Of a stretch of DNA of 64,000 nt, positions 37,326-47,166 are shown piece after piece. Positions within the stretch are counted from its first letter, which is position 1. The number at the start of each line of letters is the position of its first letter. The position numbers and the translations under genes were made by a program. A model generated the notes under the pieces. The model ran no database searches. It was not told where the DNA came from and worked only from the letters and a program-made list of their open reading frames with translations. The stretch spans positions 17,112,001 to 17,176,000 of the forward strand of contig CM106585.1 of NCBI GenBank assembly GCA_048013815.1, given 5' to 3'. Source of the stretch: Setoptus koraiensis. Its lineage: Eukaryota; Animalia; Arthropoda.

Positions 37326-37795
37326 TCGATGAGATATCTCGGCCAATTTACCTACCAATTTTCTCACATAAATAGCTTCCTAATTTGTCATTTCCAATGT
37401 CAACGAATGTTGTCAGTCCTTAATTAGAGGAAGTGTTTGTCGCAATTAATTGATACTTTCACAGATGAATGCCATGTCAAAACAAGAGAGGCTTTCAGTT
37501 ACAATGCAAATCGTTTTAGATGATCGACCATTTTGTATGGTGTAAATTAACTTTTTATTAACTTTTGCCTACTTCACACAAGCCGTATTGGTATCTGTTG
37601 GCCTAATGATTATCATGCGATAAGGAGAACAGAATAAAGTAGAAGGTGATTAATTTTGTTGAATCACGTTCATAGCCAACCTGTTATGTAGTCGTGATAG
37701 GCCTTTATCAATTGGATGTGGTTTCCAAATGAAATAGATCGTCCCAATTCGAAGTGATTGCGTCGATTTCAGGTTTGTCTTGTGGTAGCAGTTGA

Positions 37796-38443
37796 CTAAG
37801 ATGACACCTTCGATAGATCCCTGACACCACTGCCTAGGTCTTTGGGTGTGAATGCAAAAGGTAACATGCTCTTGAAGTCATGAACTGTATATTTTAGATC
37901 TCGCCTCGCTAAGATAACTCTTTCAAATTCAAACTAATAGGAATGGAACAAGAGTCAACGGGTTAAATACTTAGTAAGGTTTGACAAATGGCTTTTAAAC
38001 AGGCTACATGGTTGATTACACTTACTTCTGCCATAAATTGTAAACACGAACCACAAGGTGCTATATTTAATGGTGAATTTGTAAGCACCGTACAGTTTGT
38101 AAACTTTCTGTATCCTTCACTGACAGCCTTGACAATGGCCGTTCTCTCGGCACAAATGCACAGTCCATAAGATGCATTCTCGACATTGCAACCTACGTGT
38201 AGTATGAAATCCAGGTTGTCGTTGTTTTTAGATAGACGTGAGAACAGCAAACCATTTCATGTTGTCAAATATAGATCGGGGTATAGTTTACTCACCGGTA
38301 AAGAGTTTTCCACAATCTGTTTGGATTACACATGCCACTGGGAAGTTACTGTAAACACAATAAGATTTTTTCAAAGTTTCTTCACACATGCCAATCCATT
38401 TGTTGATTTCATCCGATTCGGGAACAACTGATTGGGATGTCAT
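37796..38443 (-). CDS. CDA: Cytidine deaminase (homotetrameric type), 3 exons, about 150 aa
   Basis: Exons 38443-38296, 38192-38026 and 37933-37796, with GT-AG introns of 103 and 92 nt. The spliced frame gives YSNFPVA, FTG|CNVENASYGLCICAERTA, PCGSC and MLPFAF. Confidence 0.95.
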
Positions 38444-39129
38444 GTTGCTAGTCTTTTGTGTTCGGTATCTATCGCTAATGAACACTGAGTTTCCCGGTTT
38501 ATTAATTTGGTTGCTACGGTGTTGGTTGTTGGCTGTAACTAGGGCCAGCTAAAATCCGACTCGCCTCTCTAATTGAACAGACCAGGTTGTACGAAAAGAA
38601 TTCATCTAACTGTGTAATGATTCCTTCACATTATCCATGGAGAAACCAATCCATAGCATCTTATCAGATATAATGGTCCTGTCAGATCTATGAAATGAAT
38701 TCAGTCGAGAGATATGATTGTAATGAAGCTGCTACAGTTTACTTATTTGCTTTTGCAATTTTATCTTCATGTATCGTTTTACACTTAGGTTTCGTTGTGA
38801 ACTTGAGCCACCAACCATAACGATTGAGCATAAACTTAATGATGGATGTAGCGTTATGTATATCAACTGCCTTTCATCTAGGGAATAGTTAGAGAAATGT
38901 GTTTGCCAGATGATGCTCTGGAAAGCTAACTAGCACTAGAGTTGATAGTCCATGTGACTCAGATTGGTGACATGATATAACAATTGTCTGAGATCATCTG
39001 TATAGATCATACAATGAGATTTCTTTCCATTGTCTTTTTTTATTAAATAATGTTGATTACAAAAGTTAACTTTATTATCACATTGTTTGTGTGGGACATT
39101 TTTGATCGAATAAATCTTTTATATTGTTA

Positions 39130-42100
39130 TCATTCATTCAACAATTTATTTTGATCTTTCATGCGACTTACTATCTGTTTAATATCCAAAGATTCCCCAA
39201 ATGGTATAGAGTAACCTTTGAGTAGGCCCAACTTATTTGATGGTGATTGGCAGTCAAGATCGACCTCTTTACGCAAGCAAGTATCTATATCTACACTAGT
39301 AAAAAAGGCCACAGATACTGGCAAATCTCTCATGTCTAATTTATAAGCAAAATATGCTCTCACTAAAAGATTGGTAAGTTGTAAAGCGTAGGCGGCTTTG
39401 TATCGATCTTCGTGTTTGACTATATATCGAACCTCATCGTGTATGCTTATGGAAAATCGCCCATCTATGTCAAGTTTCTTGAAAAGCCATTTCATATTGA
39501 TCAATATCAAATGGAGAAAGTCAACTGCTGAACTTTGAACAACCCAATTCATGCGACTTGTACCAAAATCTTTATCTTCATCTGAGCTAGGTTCTAAGGC
39601 TCTACTAATTCGACAGTTCAATATTGGTGTTCTTGGTTCTTTGGACGAGGCTATCTCCTCTAATTTGTTGAAAGTTGCAGATTCAGTTCCTCCAATCCAT
39701 TGACGCTTCTTAATTTTGTCCATTAAAACAGATGTACCCTTAGTTTCTTTGAAAATCTTGCGTGCCTTTTCGTTGGCTTCACTAATTGACAAACGGTGGT
39801 CATTTTGCAACAAAAAACGCTGAACGAATTTAATTCCAGCACCGTAAATTCTAGCATAGTTCAATATCTTGGCTTCTTTTCTTGAGATACCGATCAGTGA
39901 AGCAGTCTTGCTATGCATATCAGTTTTATTTGTTTTTGTACCTCTTAACGTCATAAAACTTAATCCCGTGCCACCATGTATCTTGTAGGAATGAGAGTCT
40001 CCATATAGAGAAGCGATCCACAATTCTTGTGAGTCAACATCGGCACCAACGAATGAGTAGCCTTCAGGAGTTTGAACCATGGCCTTCAATTCACTTCCTA
40101 TTCTTTCTTGATCTTGATTACTTGCAGTGAGCCAAGTAGGTTCAACGGCTCGTCTCGTTACCGTACCAGCAACAATAACTCGTGGTAAAATAGCCCCATG
40201 TGATTCACCCACACGTCGATCGACGGAAACCGGAACAACCATCTGACCCTTGATTCTTGTTTGATTGTTTTTCCAATATGATAGAGCGTTGGCGCAGTCT
40301 AGCACAGCACTAGTTATCTTATCGTCAATGGCAGCAAGTGATCCATCTTTCACTTTTTTAGCGAAATCCTTTCCTAATGGGTTACCGACATTATTGGATG
40401 GTCCACTTTTATGAGGCAAACGAAAGAATAGTGCTCCAGGTATCTCTACATCCGGGCAGTATTCATTCCGAAACTTAGGTGCTACAGTTTTAGCCTTAGA
40501 TAATTTATCCAAGAGATTTGATAGATTCTTGGTAACCTCTTGAGTAGAATCTCTTATTTCGTCTATTTGATCTTTAGCATAATCATCATTGTCTTGATCT
40601 TCTTCGGATATGACATGTTTACGCGGTAATTTTTTGCACATTTCAATAAACTGTTCATAGGGGAACTTCTCATAAGGGTGACCCTGCGGTATAGAAGCAT
40701 AGAGAGGGTTGAATTGATCGTCAGGAACTAAGTATCCCCAACCGTGTTTCGAATGATAATGTAACGGGTAACCATCCCATGTTAATCGCATCAATTTCGG
40801 AGTCAACCTCATCTGCGTACTTAGTAAAATCGGTCCAGTGGACCATGTTTTTTCATGATTCAGAACTTGCGAGCTATCTGGTGCAAGGCATAAATCGCGA
40901 TACCATTTTGGGAACCCAGCCAAATAAGGTATCTTTGCCCTCATGAATTGTTTGGTGTCATATATCTGTTGCACCTTATCTTCTATAGTCTCGTAGTAAT
41001 CAGGTGATGCTCTTGCTTTAGATAGATCTTTTTTCCATTTTTCTAGCTTGGTCTTACTTGGAATGATACCCTTGACCGACCAATCTAGATCCCATAACCA
41101 TACATCTCTCGAGTAATCTTCTTCTTTCATCGAGCAACATTGATTTGCTAGTTCAATCAATGAATTCTTGAGATTCTGTTCTGCCTCATCAAACGTTGAT
41201 TGAGCCGATTTGATATAAGAATCCCAGTTTTTGATTTTCACTGGAAGGTACATATTGGACATCTCAAGCATACCTGCAGTTGTTATTGGATGAGGAAATC
41301 TTTCGTTGAATTGCTTGTATATGGTCTCAAATACAAGAAAAGTTGCTCTAACATCCCGAGCACAATAGTTCACCATAGCTTGATATTCTCTGGCGACGTC
41401 ATAAATTGTTCCCTTCACGAAAATATCTCGTTCATCTTTGGTCATTTCTTGATTACAATGAAATTTGAACACATCGGCCAGATTATTCAATGATCCTTGT
41501 TCAAGCCACCCTTGACGGATTTGGTTCATATCAATACCATCTAATGGCTCGTTACTTTTGAGCTTTCTTTTGCTGGCCATCTTGACAGCTCTTTGTAAAC
41601 CGGTAAAACCACATATACACATATGGAGGCTTAAAGTGTCTAAGAATCTCGTCTTGTCTTGTCGGAAAGAGTATTGATCCTTGATAAATGATCGATCAAA
41701 ACCCACGTTATGCCCAATCACGAGACATTCATGCTGACTTGAACCCAGTGGTATTAATAGATCTATATCTAGTCTAGTGTCATTGTTTTTTACTTCGCCT
41801 GATTGTGCGGGAAAATTTTGTTCATTTACTGATTTGATGATATTGGAAAGTTTTGGACTGCACCAAGAATACCATGCTCTATTCGAGACTGCGACTGCCA
41901 AAGTGGGACTGTTACTAGGTTTCTCATTTACACATGTCTCCACGTCGAATACAAATGTTTTCTCAAGCGGACGTTCAACATTATTGACAAGAAAAGTGCC
42001 ATCATTCTTGGGCTCATACCTGGTCCAACCGGAATTGTGGCTCCATTCACTAGGCATCTGCTGCAAGATATTGGAGTTTTCTAAAAGAACCTCAACAAGT

Positions 42101-42549
42101 TTTTTGTATTGTAAGGAGTAATCTCTACCTATATTTTGAAAATGTTCATCAATATTCGCTCCTTCAAGTTGAGGAACATCTACATCGACGTCGTAAATAT
42201 CGTCGTCTACACTCTTGGACCCCTCTAGCTGGGCCATTGGAATGGTTCCTCTGTTGTTGTCCAGTATATCCAAAAGGTCATGCTGACGCAAATGCTCTAG
42301 GCAACTTTTAACTCGTTCATCCAACAATTCACTTGGAGTCTCCTTTGGACCAAATACTTGTTTGTACAGTTTATCCGGAATCATTTTGATTCCTACCGGA
42401 TTGTACCGGTGGACTGGCGGCGCACAAACATGGGTTCTGAAGAATAACGAGCTGTTAGCTCGTTTCTTCAAATGATTGGCTAATGGTTTCGAAATTTGTC
42501 CAAGTGCTAAAGCTCCCAAATTGGCTGATGGGAAGGCACCAATGGCCAT
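39130..42549 (-). CDS. POLG: Mitochondrial DNA polymerase gamma catalytic subunit, intronless, 1139 aa, with an OPA3-derived N-terminus
   Basis: Exo I FDVET, Exo II GHNVGFDR, Exo III NYCARDV, Pol A GADVDSQELWIA, Pol B RKEAKILNYARIYGAG and Pol C SIHDEVRY are all intact. Confidence 0.98.
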   Translation of the reverse strand: MAIGAFPSANLGALALGQISKPLANHLKKRANSSLFFRTHVCAPPVHRYNPVGIKMIPDKLYKQVFGPKETPSELLDERVKSCLEHLRQHDLLDILDNNRGTIPMAQLEGSKSVDDDIYDVDVDVPQLEGANIDEHFQNIGRDYSLQYKKLVEVLLENSNILQQMPSEWSHNSGWTRYEPKNDGTFLVNNVERPLEKTFVFDVETCVNEKPSNSPTLAVAVSNRAWYSWCSPKLSNIIKSVNEQNFPAQSGEVKNNDTRLDIDLLIPLGSSQHECLVIGHNVGFDRSFIKDQYSFRQDKTRFLDTLSLHMCICGFTGLQRAVKMASKRKLKSNEPLDGIDMNQIRQGWLEQGSLNNLADVFKFHCNQEMTKDERDIFVKGTIYDVAREYQAMVNYCARDVRATFLVFETIYKQFNERFPHPITTAGMLEMSNMYLPVKIKNWDSYIKSAQSTFDEAEQNLKNSLIELANQCCSMKEEDYSRDVWLWDLDWSVKGIIPSKTKLEKWKKDLSKARASPDYYETIEDKVQQIYDTKQFMRAKIPYLAGFPKWYRDLCLAPDSSQVLNHEKTWSTGPILLSTQMRLTPKLMRLTWDGYPLHYHSKHGWGYLVPDDQFNPLYASIPQGHPYEKFPYEQFIEMCKKLPRKHVISEEDQDNDDYAKDQIDEIRDSTQEVTKNLSNLLDKLSKAKTVAPKFRNEYCPDVEIPGALFFRLPHKSGPSNNVGNPLGKDFAKKVKDGSLAAIDDKITSAVLDCANALSYWKNNQTRIKGQMVVPVSVDRRVGESHGAILPRVIVAGTVTRRAVEPTWLTASNQDQERIGSELKAMVQTPEGYSFVGADVDSQELWIASLYGDSHSYKIHGGTGLSFMTLRGTKTNKTDMHSKTASLIGISRKEAKILNYARIYGAGIKFVQRFLLQNDHRLSISEANEKARKIFKETKGTSVLMDKIKKRQWIGGTESATFNKLEEIASSKEPRTPILNCRISRALEPSSDEDKDFGTSRMNWVVQSSAVDFLHLILINMKWLFKKLDIDGRFSISIHDEVRYIVKHEDRYKAAYALQLTNLLVRAYFAYKLDMRDLPVSVAFFTSVDIDTCLRKEVDLDCQSPSNKLGLLKGYSIPFGESLDIKQIVSRMKDQNKLLNE

Positions 42550-42782
42550 AATAACTAAATATGTAAATACGTATAGGTGACCTAGAGGGTATTGTGTGCC
42601 ATATAGTACGATTAATGGTTCGTCTTCTCATCAGCCATTAGATAGATAGTTCCAAACTATCAAAAGCAACGAACCAATGTTTATGTATTATTGATGATTA
42701 TTGATTGAATGACTTCTTGGTAATTTGGGGACAACGATATGTGGGTACATCAACAGTATAAAAACCACGTATACAAAGGGGA
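42409..42782 (-). repeat. Left arm of inverted duplication (copy of the OPA3 5' end, forming the POLG 5' end)
   Basis: The reverse complement aligns with ~43065-43431: 24 mismatches in 141 coding nt, about 80% identity over ~130 nt upstream of the ATG, and weaker gapped similarity further out. Confidence 0.95.
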
Positions 42783-43064
42783 CACATGTTCCTGCAACAA
42801 TTGTGAGATTCAACATTGGCGGCAAACAGTGGTAAACTGATTATAATATGGTGCACGGTGCACCATGCACGAATTGCATTATTGTGCATGCGCACCACAA
42901 TGGAAGCTACACTAAAAACGGATAGGTCGACCTAAGAAATGCGCCACCTTTAGTGCGACTAGTGAATGTTACCATCAACATGTCAGCCGTTGCACAACGA
43001 TTTGTAGACAAAAACATGAGCTCGTTGCGAGTGAAACCATGTGATTGGATTCATCCTCAATTTA
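42783..43064. promoter_or_regulatory. Probable bidirectional promoter shared by POLG and OPA3
   Basis: Unique spacer between the two arms and between divergent ATGs 741 bp apart. Contains GTGCATGCGC (NRF1-like, 42884-42893) and a 9-bp-arm palindrome (42848-42866). Confidence 0.65.
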
Positions 43065-43431
43065 TCTCCTTGGTACGTTGTTATTATTGATGTTGTACCC
43101 ACAGATTATTGTCCCATGACAAATTACTAGTAAGTACATCATCATCTTGATTATATCTTTATATTGGTTCGTTGCTATTGATAGTTTGGAACTATCTATC
43201 ATATAGCTGATGAGAAGATGAGCTATTAAATGTTCTATATGGCAAACAATACCTTCTAGGTCACCTACACGATTTCACATATTAGTCATTATGGCCATTG
43301 GTGCTTTCCCATTAGTCAAATTAGGAGCTTTAGCACTCAGACAAATTTCAAAACCATTAGCCAATCATTTAAAAACACGGGCCAAGAACTCATTATTCTT
43401 CAGAACCTATGTCTGTATGCCACCAGCTCAA
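43065..43431 (+). repeat. Right arm of inverted duplication (native OPA3 5' end)
   Basis: See left arm. Confidence 0.95.
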
Positions 43432-43800
43432 TTCTACCATTGGTGCGAGGTCAATGTGAAAGCACGACTCCTCAATTTAGGCAAGCCAAAGGAAGTGGTG
43501 AAATTAAATGAACAAGCTGCGATTGATCTTGGGGCCGAGCTCATTGGTGAAACAACCATATTTTTAGTTGCATCGGCCACCATTATTGCCGAGTACGCCA
43601 GACAAACTAGGAAATACAATGATGAGAAAGCGGCTCTAGAAATGAGATGGATGCAAATAGAGGCAAAAGTGAGCGACCTGGAAGAGGAGTTGGAACTTAG
43701 TAAGAAGCAAACGAATGATCTGGAAAAGAAATTAAATAAGCTTGAATCCAATAAGGAATCTGACGATAATGCTAATAATAAAAAGAGTAAAAAGTCATAA
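43291..43800 (+). CDS. OPA3: Optic atrophy 3 protein homolog, intronless CDS, 169 aa
   Basis: GAFPLVKLGALALRQISKPLAN, FFRTYVCMPPAQFYHW, KLNEQAAIDLGAELIGE and a C-terminal coiled coil. Confidence 0.97.
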   Translation: MAIGAFPLVKLGALALRQISKPLANHLKTRAKNSLFFRTYVCMPPAQFYHWCEVNVKARLLNLGKPKEVVKLNEQAAIDLGAELIGETTIFLVASATIIAEYARQTRKYNDEKAALEMRWMQIEAKVSDLEEELELSKKQTNDLEKKLNKLESNKESDDNANNKKSKKS

Positions 43801-43960
43801 GTACTATGTTACTCCCACATACATACTATTCGCATGAAGTCTGTAGATAACACAAGAATTTAGGAACAGACTTGTGTATATAAACGTGATATTAACATAC
43901 TGGCAAATTAGAGTAATCATTAGAGGAAGAGTCAGAGATAAATATATGTAGTTGGGCTTC

Positions 43961-45001
43961 TCAGAGTTGCTTTATTTGTTTATCGCTCTTTTCAAATGTT
44001 TTAGCATAGAATACGCATACCCCAACGCACGAGACGCTTAAAATGAGTTGCGCCAGTAACCAAATGAAAATCATTTGAATTTGCGTTTGAGCGAACAAAT
44101 CTAACCCAAATCTAATGCATATGAATAGCTCGGTAAACATTATCAAACCAAACACCCAACACTGCGTTCCTAATATTTTTACACGGGTATCTGTGACGTA
44201 AATGTAAAATTGTCTAATGGATGGAGCTACAATAAAGCTAATTAGTGTCAATCTAATTAAGCTCAACTGATGAGCGGGTGGAACTTCAAATATGTGCTTC
44301 AAGAAGAATGTGTTCAGTTCTGTTATTTGCCAAAATATAACTAATAATGTGACGGCTATTATCCTAGATAGTGAACAATCTGATTCTAACCACCTAACAC
44401 GTGTCCAGCTTTTTGGTGTAAATTGTAAGACGGCCCGTTTGAGCTTACCAGTGGTGGTGTGTATATCTTTATAGCTTTCCCATTTATATGTTCTCATTTC
44501 TAATTTTTTGCATATCCACATACCAAAGTAAATACCAAGTCCATTGCAAACTAATACGTCTAGTACGTAAGCGTCCCACCAACATTCAATGAAATTTGGT
44601 AACAAATGCGCAAAGGCCCATTCGGTGATTTCCCACGTGACCGATATTGTCCAACAGATACCATAATGTCTGACTAGAACTGCCTTGGCTGTCCAACCTA
44701 AAAAGTGACCCCAAGCAAATACGTCCAATGAATTCCAAACTCGTTCAACTGATATATCTGAACAATTGACCCCATATTCTTTTTCTTTGTCTATATGAAA
44801 ATCTTTGAGATCTGGATAAATAACAAGAATTTTTGACTTGATAGTTGAATAATCCTGAGTTAATAGTAATAATAAAAACAATTCGTAGATTACGCTTAAA
44901 GCGAATACAATGCGCCAAAAGACAGGATGAGGTCTAGTGAACGGTTCGCTAGGCTGTGTACCGATAACATTTAATATTAATTTCTGAACAATCGACGCCA
45001 T
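43961..45001 (-). CDS. PTDSS1: Phosphatidylserine synthase (PSS family), apparently N-terminally shortened
   Basis: PFTRPHPVFWR, GHFLGW, WEITE, PNFIECWWD, DVLVCNGLGIY and ELNTFFLKH. The ATG lies in a strong CAAAACATGG context; the true 5' end is uncertain. Confidence 0.93.
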   Translation of the reverse strand: MASIVQKLILNVIGTQPSEPFTRPHPVFWRIVFALSVIYELFLLLLLTQDYSTIKSKILVIYPDLKDFHIDKEKEYGVNCSDISVERVWNSLDVFAWGHFLGWTAKAVLVRHYGICWTISVTWEITEWAFAHLLPNFIECWWDAYVLDVLVCNGLGIYFGMWICKKLEMRTYKWESYKDIHTTTGKLKRAVLQFTPKSWTRVRWLESDCSLSRIIAVTLLVIFWQITELNTFFLKHIFEVPPAHQLSLIRLTLISFIVAPSIRQFYIYVTDTRVKILGTQCWVFGLIMFTELFICIRFGLDLFAQTQIQMIFIWLLAQLILSVSCVGVCVFYAKTFEKSDKQIKQL

Positions 45002-46157
45002 GTTTTGTGAGATAAACTCTGTCCCGTTTGTTCCCTCTGAATAACTTTAAAATAATAACTAAAGTTATAACTATTATTATTTGTATTATTATCGTCACTA
45101 TTGATATTGGTTCTGTTGCCATCAACATGGACATGCAGATTGTGCATGTTAATGCTACTTTATTATAGGGCGATCAACATCTTTCGCTACATTCACAACG
45201 AACAGTGAATTCATTGGTTATGCTATTGTTTGCACATGGTGTGTAACCTGTATACAATGTGCCCAGCTGTCGTAGGTGTAATGCATTCAAATATTGCACC
45301 ATGTGCATGCGCTTTTACCAAATAAATCATGTTCTGTGCCATTGTGGTGGCATGATGTTGATTGCCCCATATTAACACGGTATATTTATGATGATAAATA
45401 CATGTATTTGTCTTGTATAATAATATTCATAGTGTTATTTGTATAAACAACACACAGTTTCAGTTATCTCACAGGCAAATTTTAGGCAATCATAAAACAG
45501 GAGATGACGGTAATAGCAAGGACAACAACCGACTTGATTATGCATATGTAATAATCATATTATCATCATTAGAACATCAACAAGAAGCCGCCCTCTCTCG
45601 CTCTTTGTTGGACCACCACATCTCACAATTATCGCTTTTTCATATCTTTTGGTGGATTTTGACGAGCTACTGAGACAAACATGTTTCTAGCACTATACTC
45701 TCACTTGATCTGGACGACGAACGACATTATAAGCTCACAACAATAGTCATACTTTGAAAATGAACCCACCCCTATTTTATCTATCATTCGAATGCTACTG
45801 GCACAGCTACCTTATTCCTTACTACTAGAACTCTGTCTAAAATCTCTCCTACAAATTATCGTTTGCTACCATCTCTCCGTAGTTGGCTCCACAATAACAC
45901 CATCATAAATAATTTCTCAATGACGTGACTAGTGTTCATTTGTTCTGTTGTATCGATAATACACAAGATCTTGCTTATACTATACAATATCTCGTCGATC
46001 TGTGAAGGGCATCACTCGTCGGCCGGTTGGGTGAAACTAATAACCAAAATGCTAATTGCTATACTAATTGAATCATCTACCTCATACACGAAGAAATATA
46101 TTAAATACACATGAAAAAATGATCTGGTCTTTGAGCGGTGGCCGCCAGTGTGTAACT

Positions 46158-46883
46158 TTAATCTGTGATTATATCACAATCACATTCATCTTTGGCCAAC
46201 ATTTTGAACAGTTCCGCATGCTCACTTAAACTACATTTGAGCACTTTCAGCGAACGGATCCTAAACAGAGTCTGTAAGCCATTGATGGTTATCTTGGGAT
46301 TGTCACTTAGATCGATGAACTCCAAAGATTTTGAATTTCTAAATAATCGAGACAAGAAATCACAAGAGGCGTCGTCTAGGTAGGAATTTTTGCTCAAATT
46401 AAAGTATTGTAAATGATTCAGATCATAAAAATTTTCTAAACCACTGGGTAGAATATTGCAACTTTTTGCATCGATAGCGACAAGATTCTCGTTGATGGAT
46501 GAATCTCTAGGTAGGTTTCTTAACTTATCTATCCATTTATCTTTGTCGGTTGACAGTGTTACGCGACCGCCTCTAGGTACTACGAAATAGCTGGCGTAAA
46601 GATCGGGTCCTAGTTCGGATTGTCTTGCAGCGTTGAAATATTGGTCCTGTGACATCAATTTAGTCTTGAGTTTTCTGTATGCGCCTTGAATGTAGAATTT
46701 ATCGTATTTTCGAGTTAAAGCTATACTTGACCCAGAGGAAAGTGTCTGGTACCGACCCAACAACTTTGAGATATCAGCTATGTCGAATGATTTCTCATTG
46801 AGCGCTTTGATCTTTTCAGCTGCTAGAGAGGCTTTAGGTGTCAGGTCCTTTAAGTTTTCTAGACAAATTCTTGTAAGCCGCAT
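46158..46883 (-). CDS. DMAC2: DMAC2 / ATP synthase subunit s-like protein (leucine-rich repeat, mitochondrial)
   Basis: LGPDLYASYFVVPRGGRV, AIDAKSCNI..GLENF, LDDASCDFLSRLF and SLEFIDLSDNPKITINGL. Closer to DMAC2 (ATP5SL) than to ATP5S by eye. Confidence 0.75.
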   Translation of the reverse strand: MRLTRICLENLKDLTPKASLAAEKIKALNEKSFDIADISKLLGRYQTLSSGSSIALTRKYDKFYIQGAYRKLKTKLMSQDQYFNAARQSELGPDLYASYFVVPRGGRVTLSTDKDKWIDKLRNLPRDSSINENLVAIDAKSCNILPSGLENFYDLNHLQYFNLSKNSYLDDASCDFLSRLFRNSKSLEFIDLSDNPKITINGLQTLFRIRSLKVLKCSLSEHAELFKMLAKDECDCDIITD

Positions 46884-47166
46884 AGTGATTTAAAGTCTGA
46901 AATACTGACTGGTAAATCAAATCGTGAAGAGGCCGCAATGATGAGAGCCTGAGAAGTGTCTTGAAAGAAGCTGCATTAGCACAGATTCTTTTTGAGTGCG
47001 AGCACACATGTAACAGCTGGCTCTATTAAACCTCTCACTGTCGACTTTACAGTTGCAGTATAGACTTAATAACCTCGTTTTCAGATGAAAACCAAATACT
47101 AGGTTATTAGCTCAACATTATTGAGACATTTTTTTATAATAAAGTTAATCAGAAACGATCTCCAAG

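Noticed and set aside
38988-39010. Seed-length matches to conserved miRNAs (bantam TGAGATCAT here; also miR-2 near 29373, miR-8 near 6844, miR-283 near 59135)
   Set aside because: Matches stop after 8-12 nt and lack a proper precursor arm. This was a by-eye scan only; an Rfam or MirGeneDB search would be decisive.
44949-45134. Hydrophobic ORF MSMLMATEPISIVTIII... as the missing PTDSS1 transmembrane helix
   Set aside because: Hydrophobicity comes from an (ATA)n run; it is out of frame with the main ORF and no suitable intron joins them.
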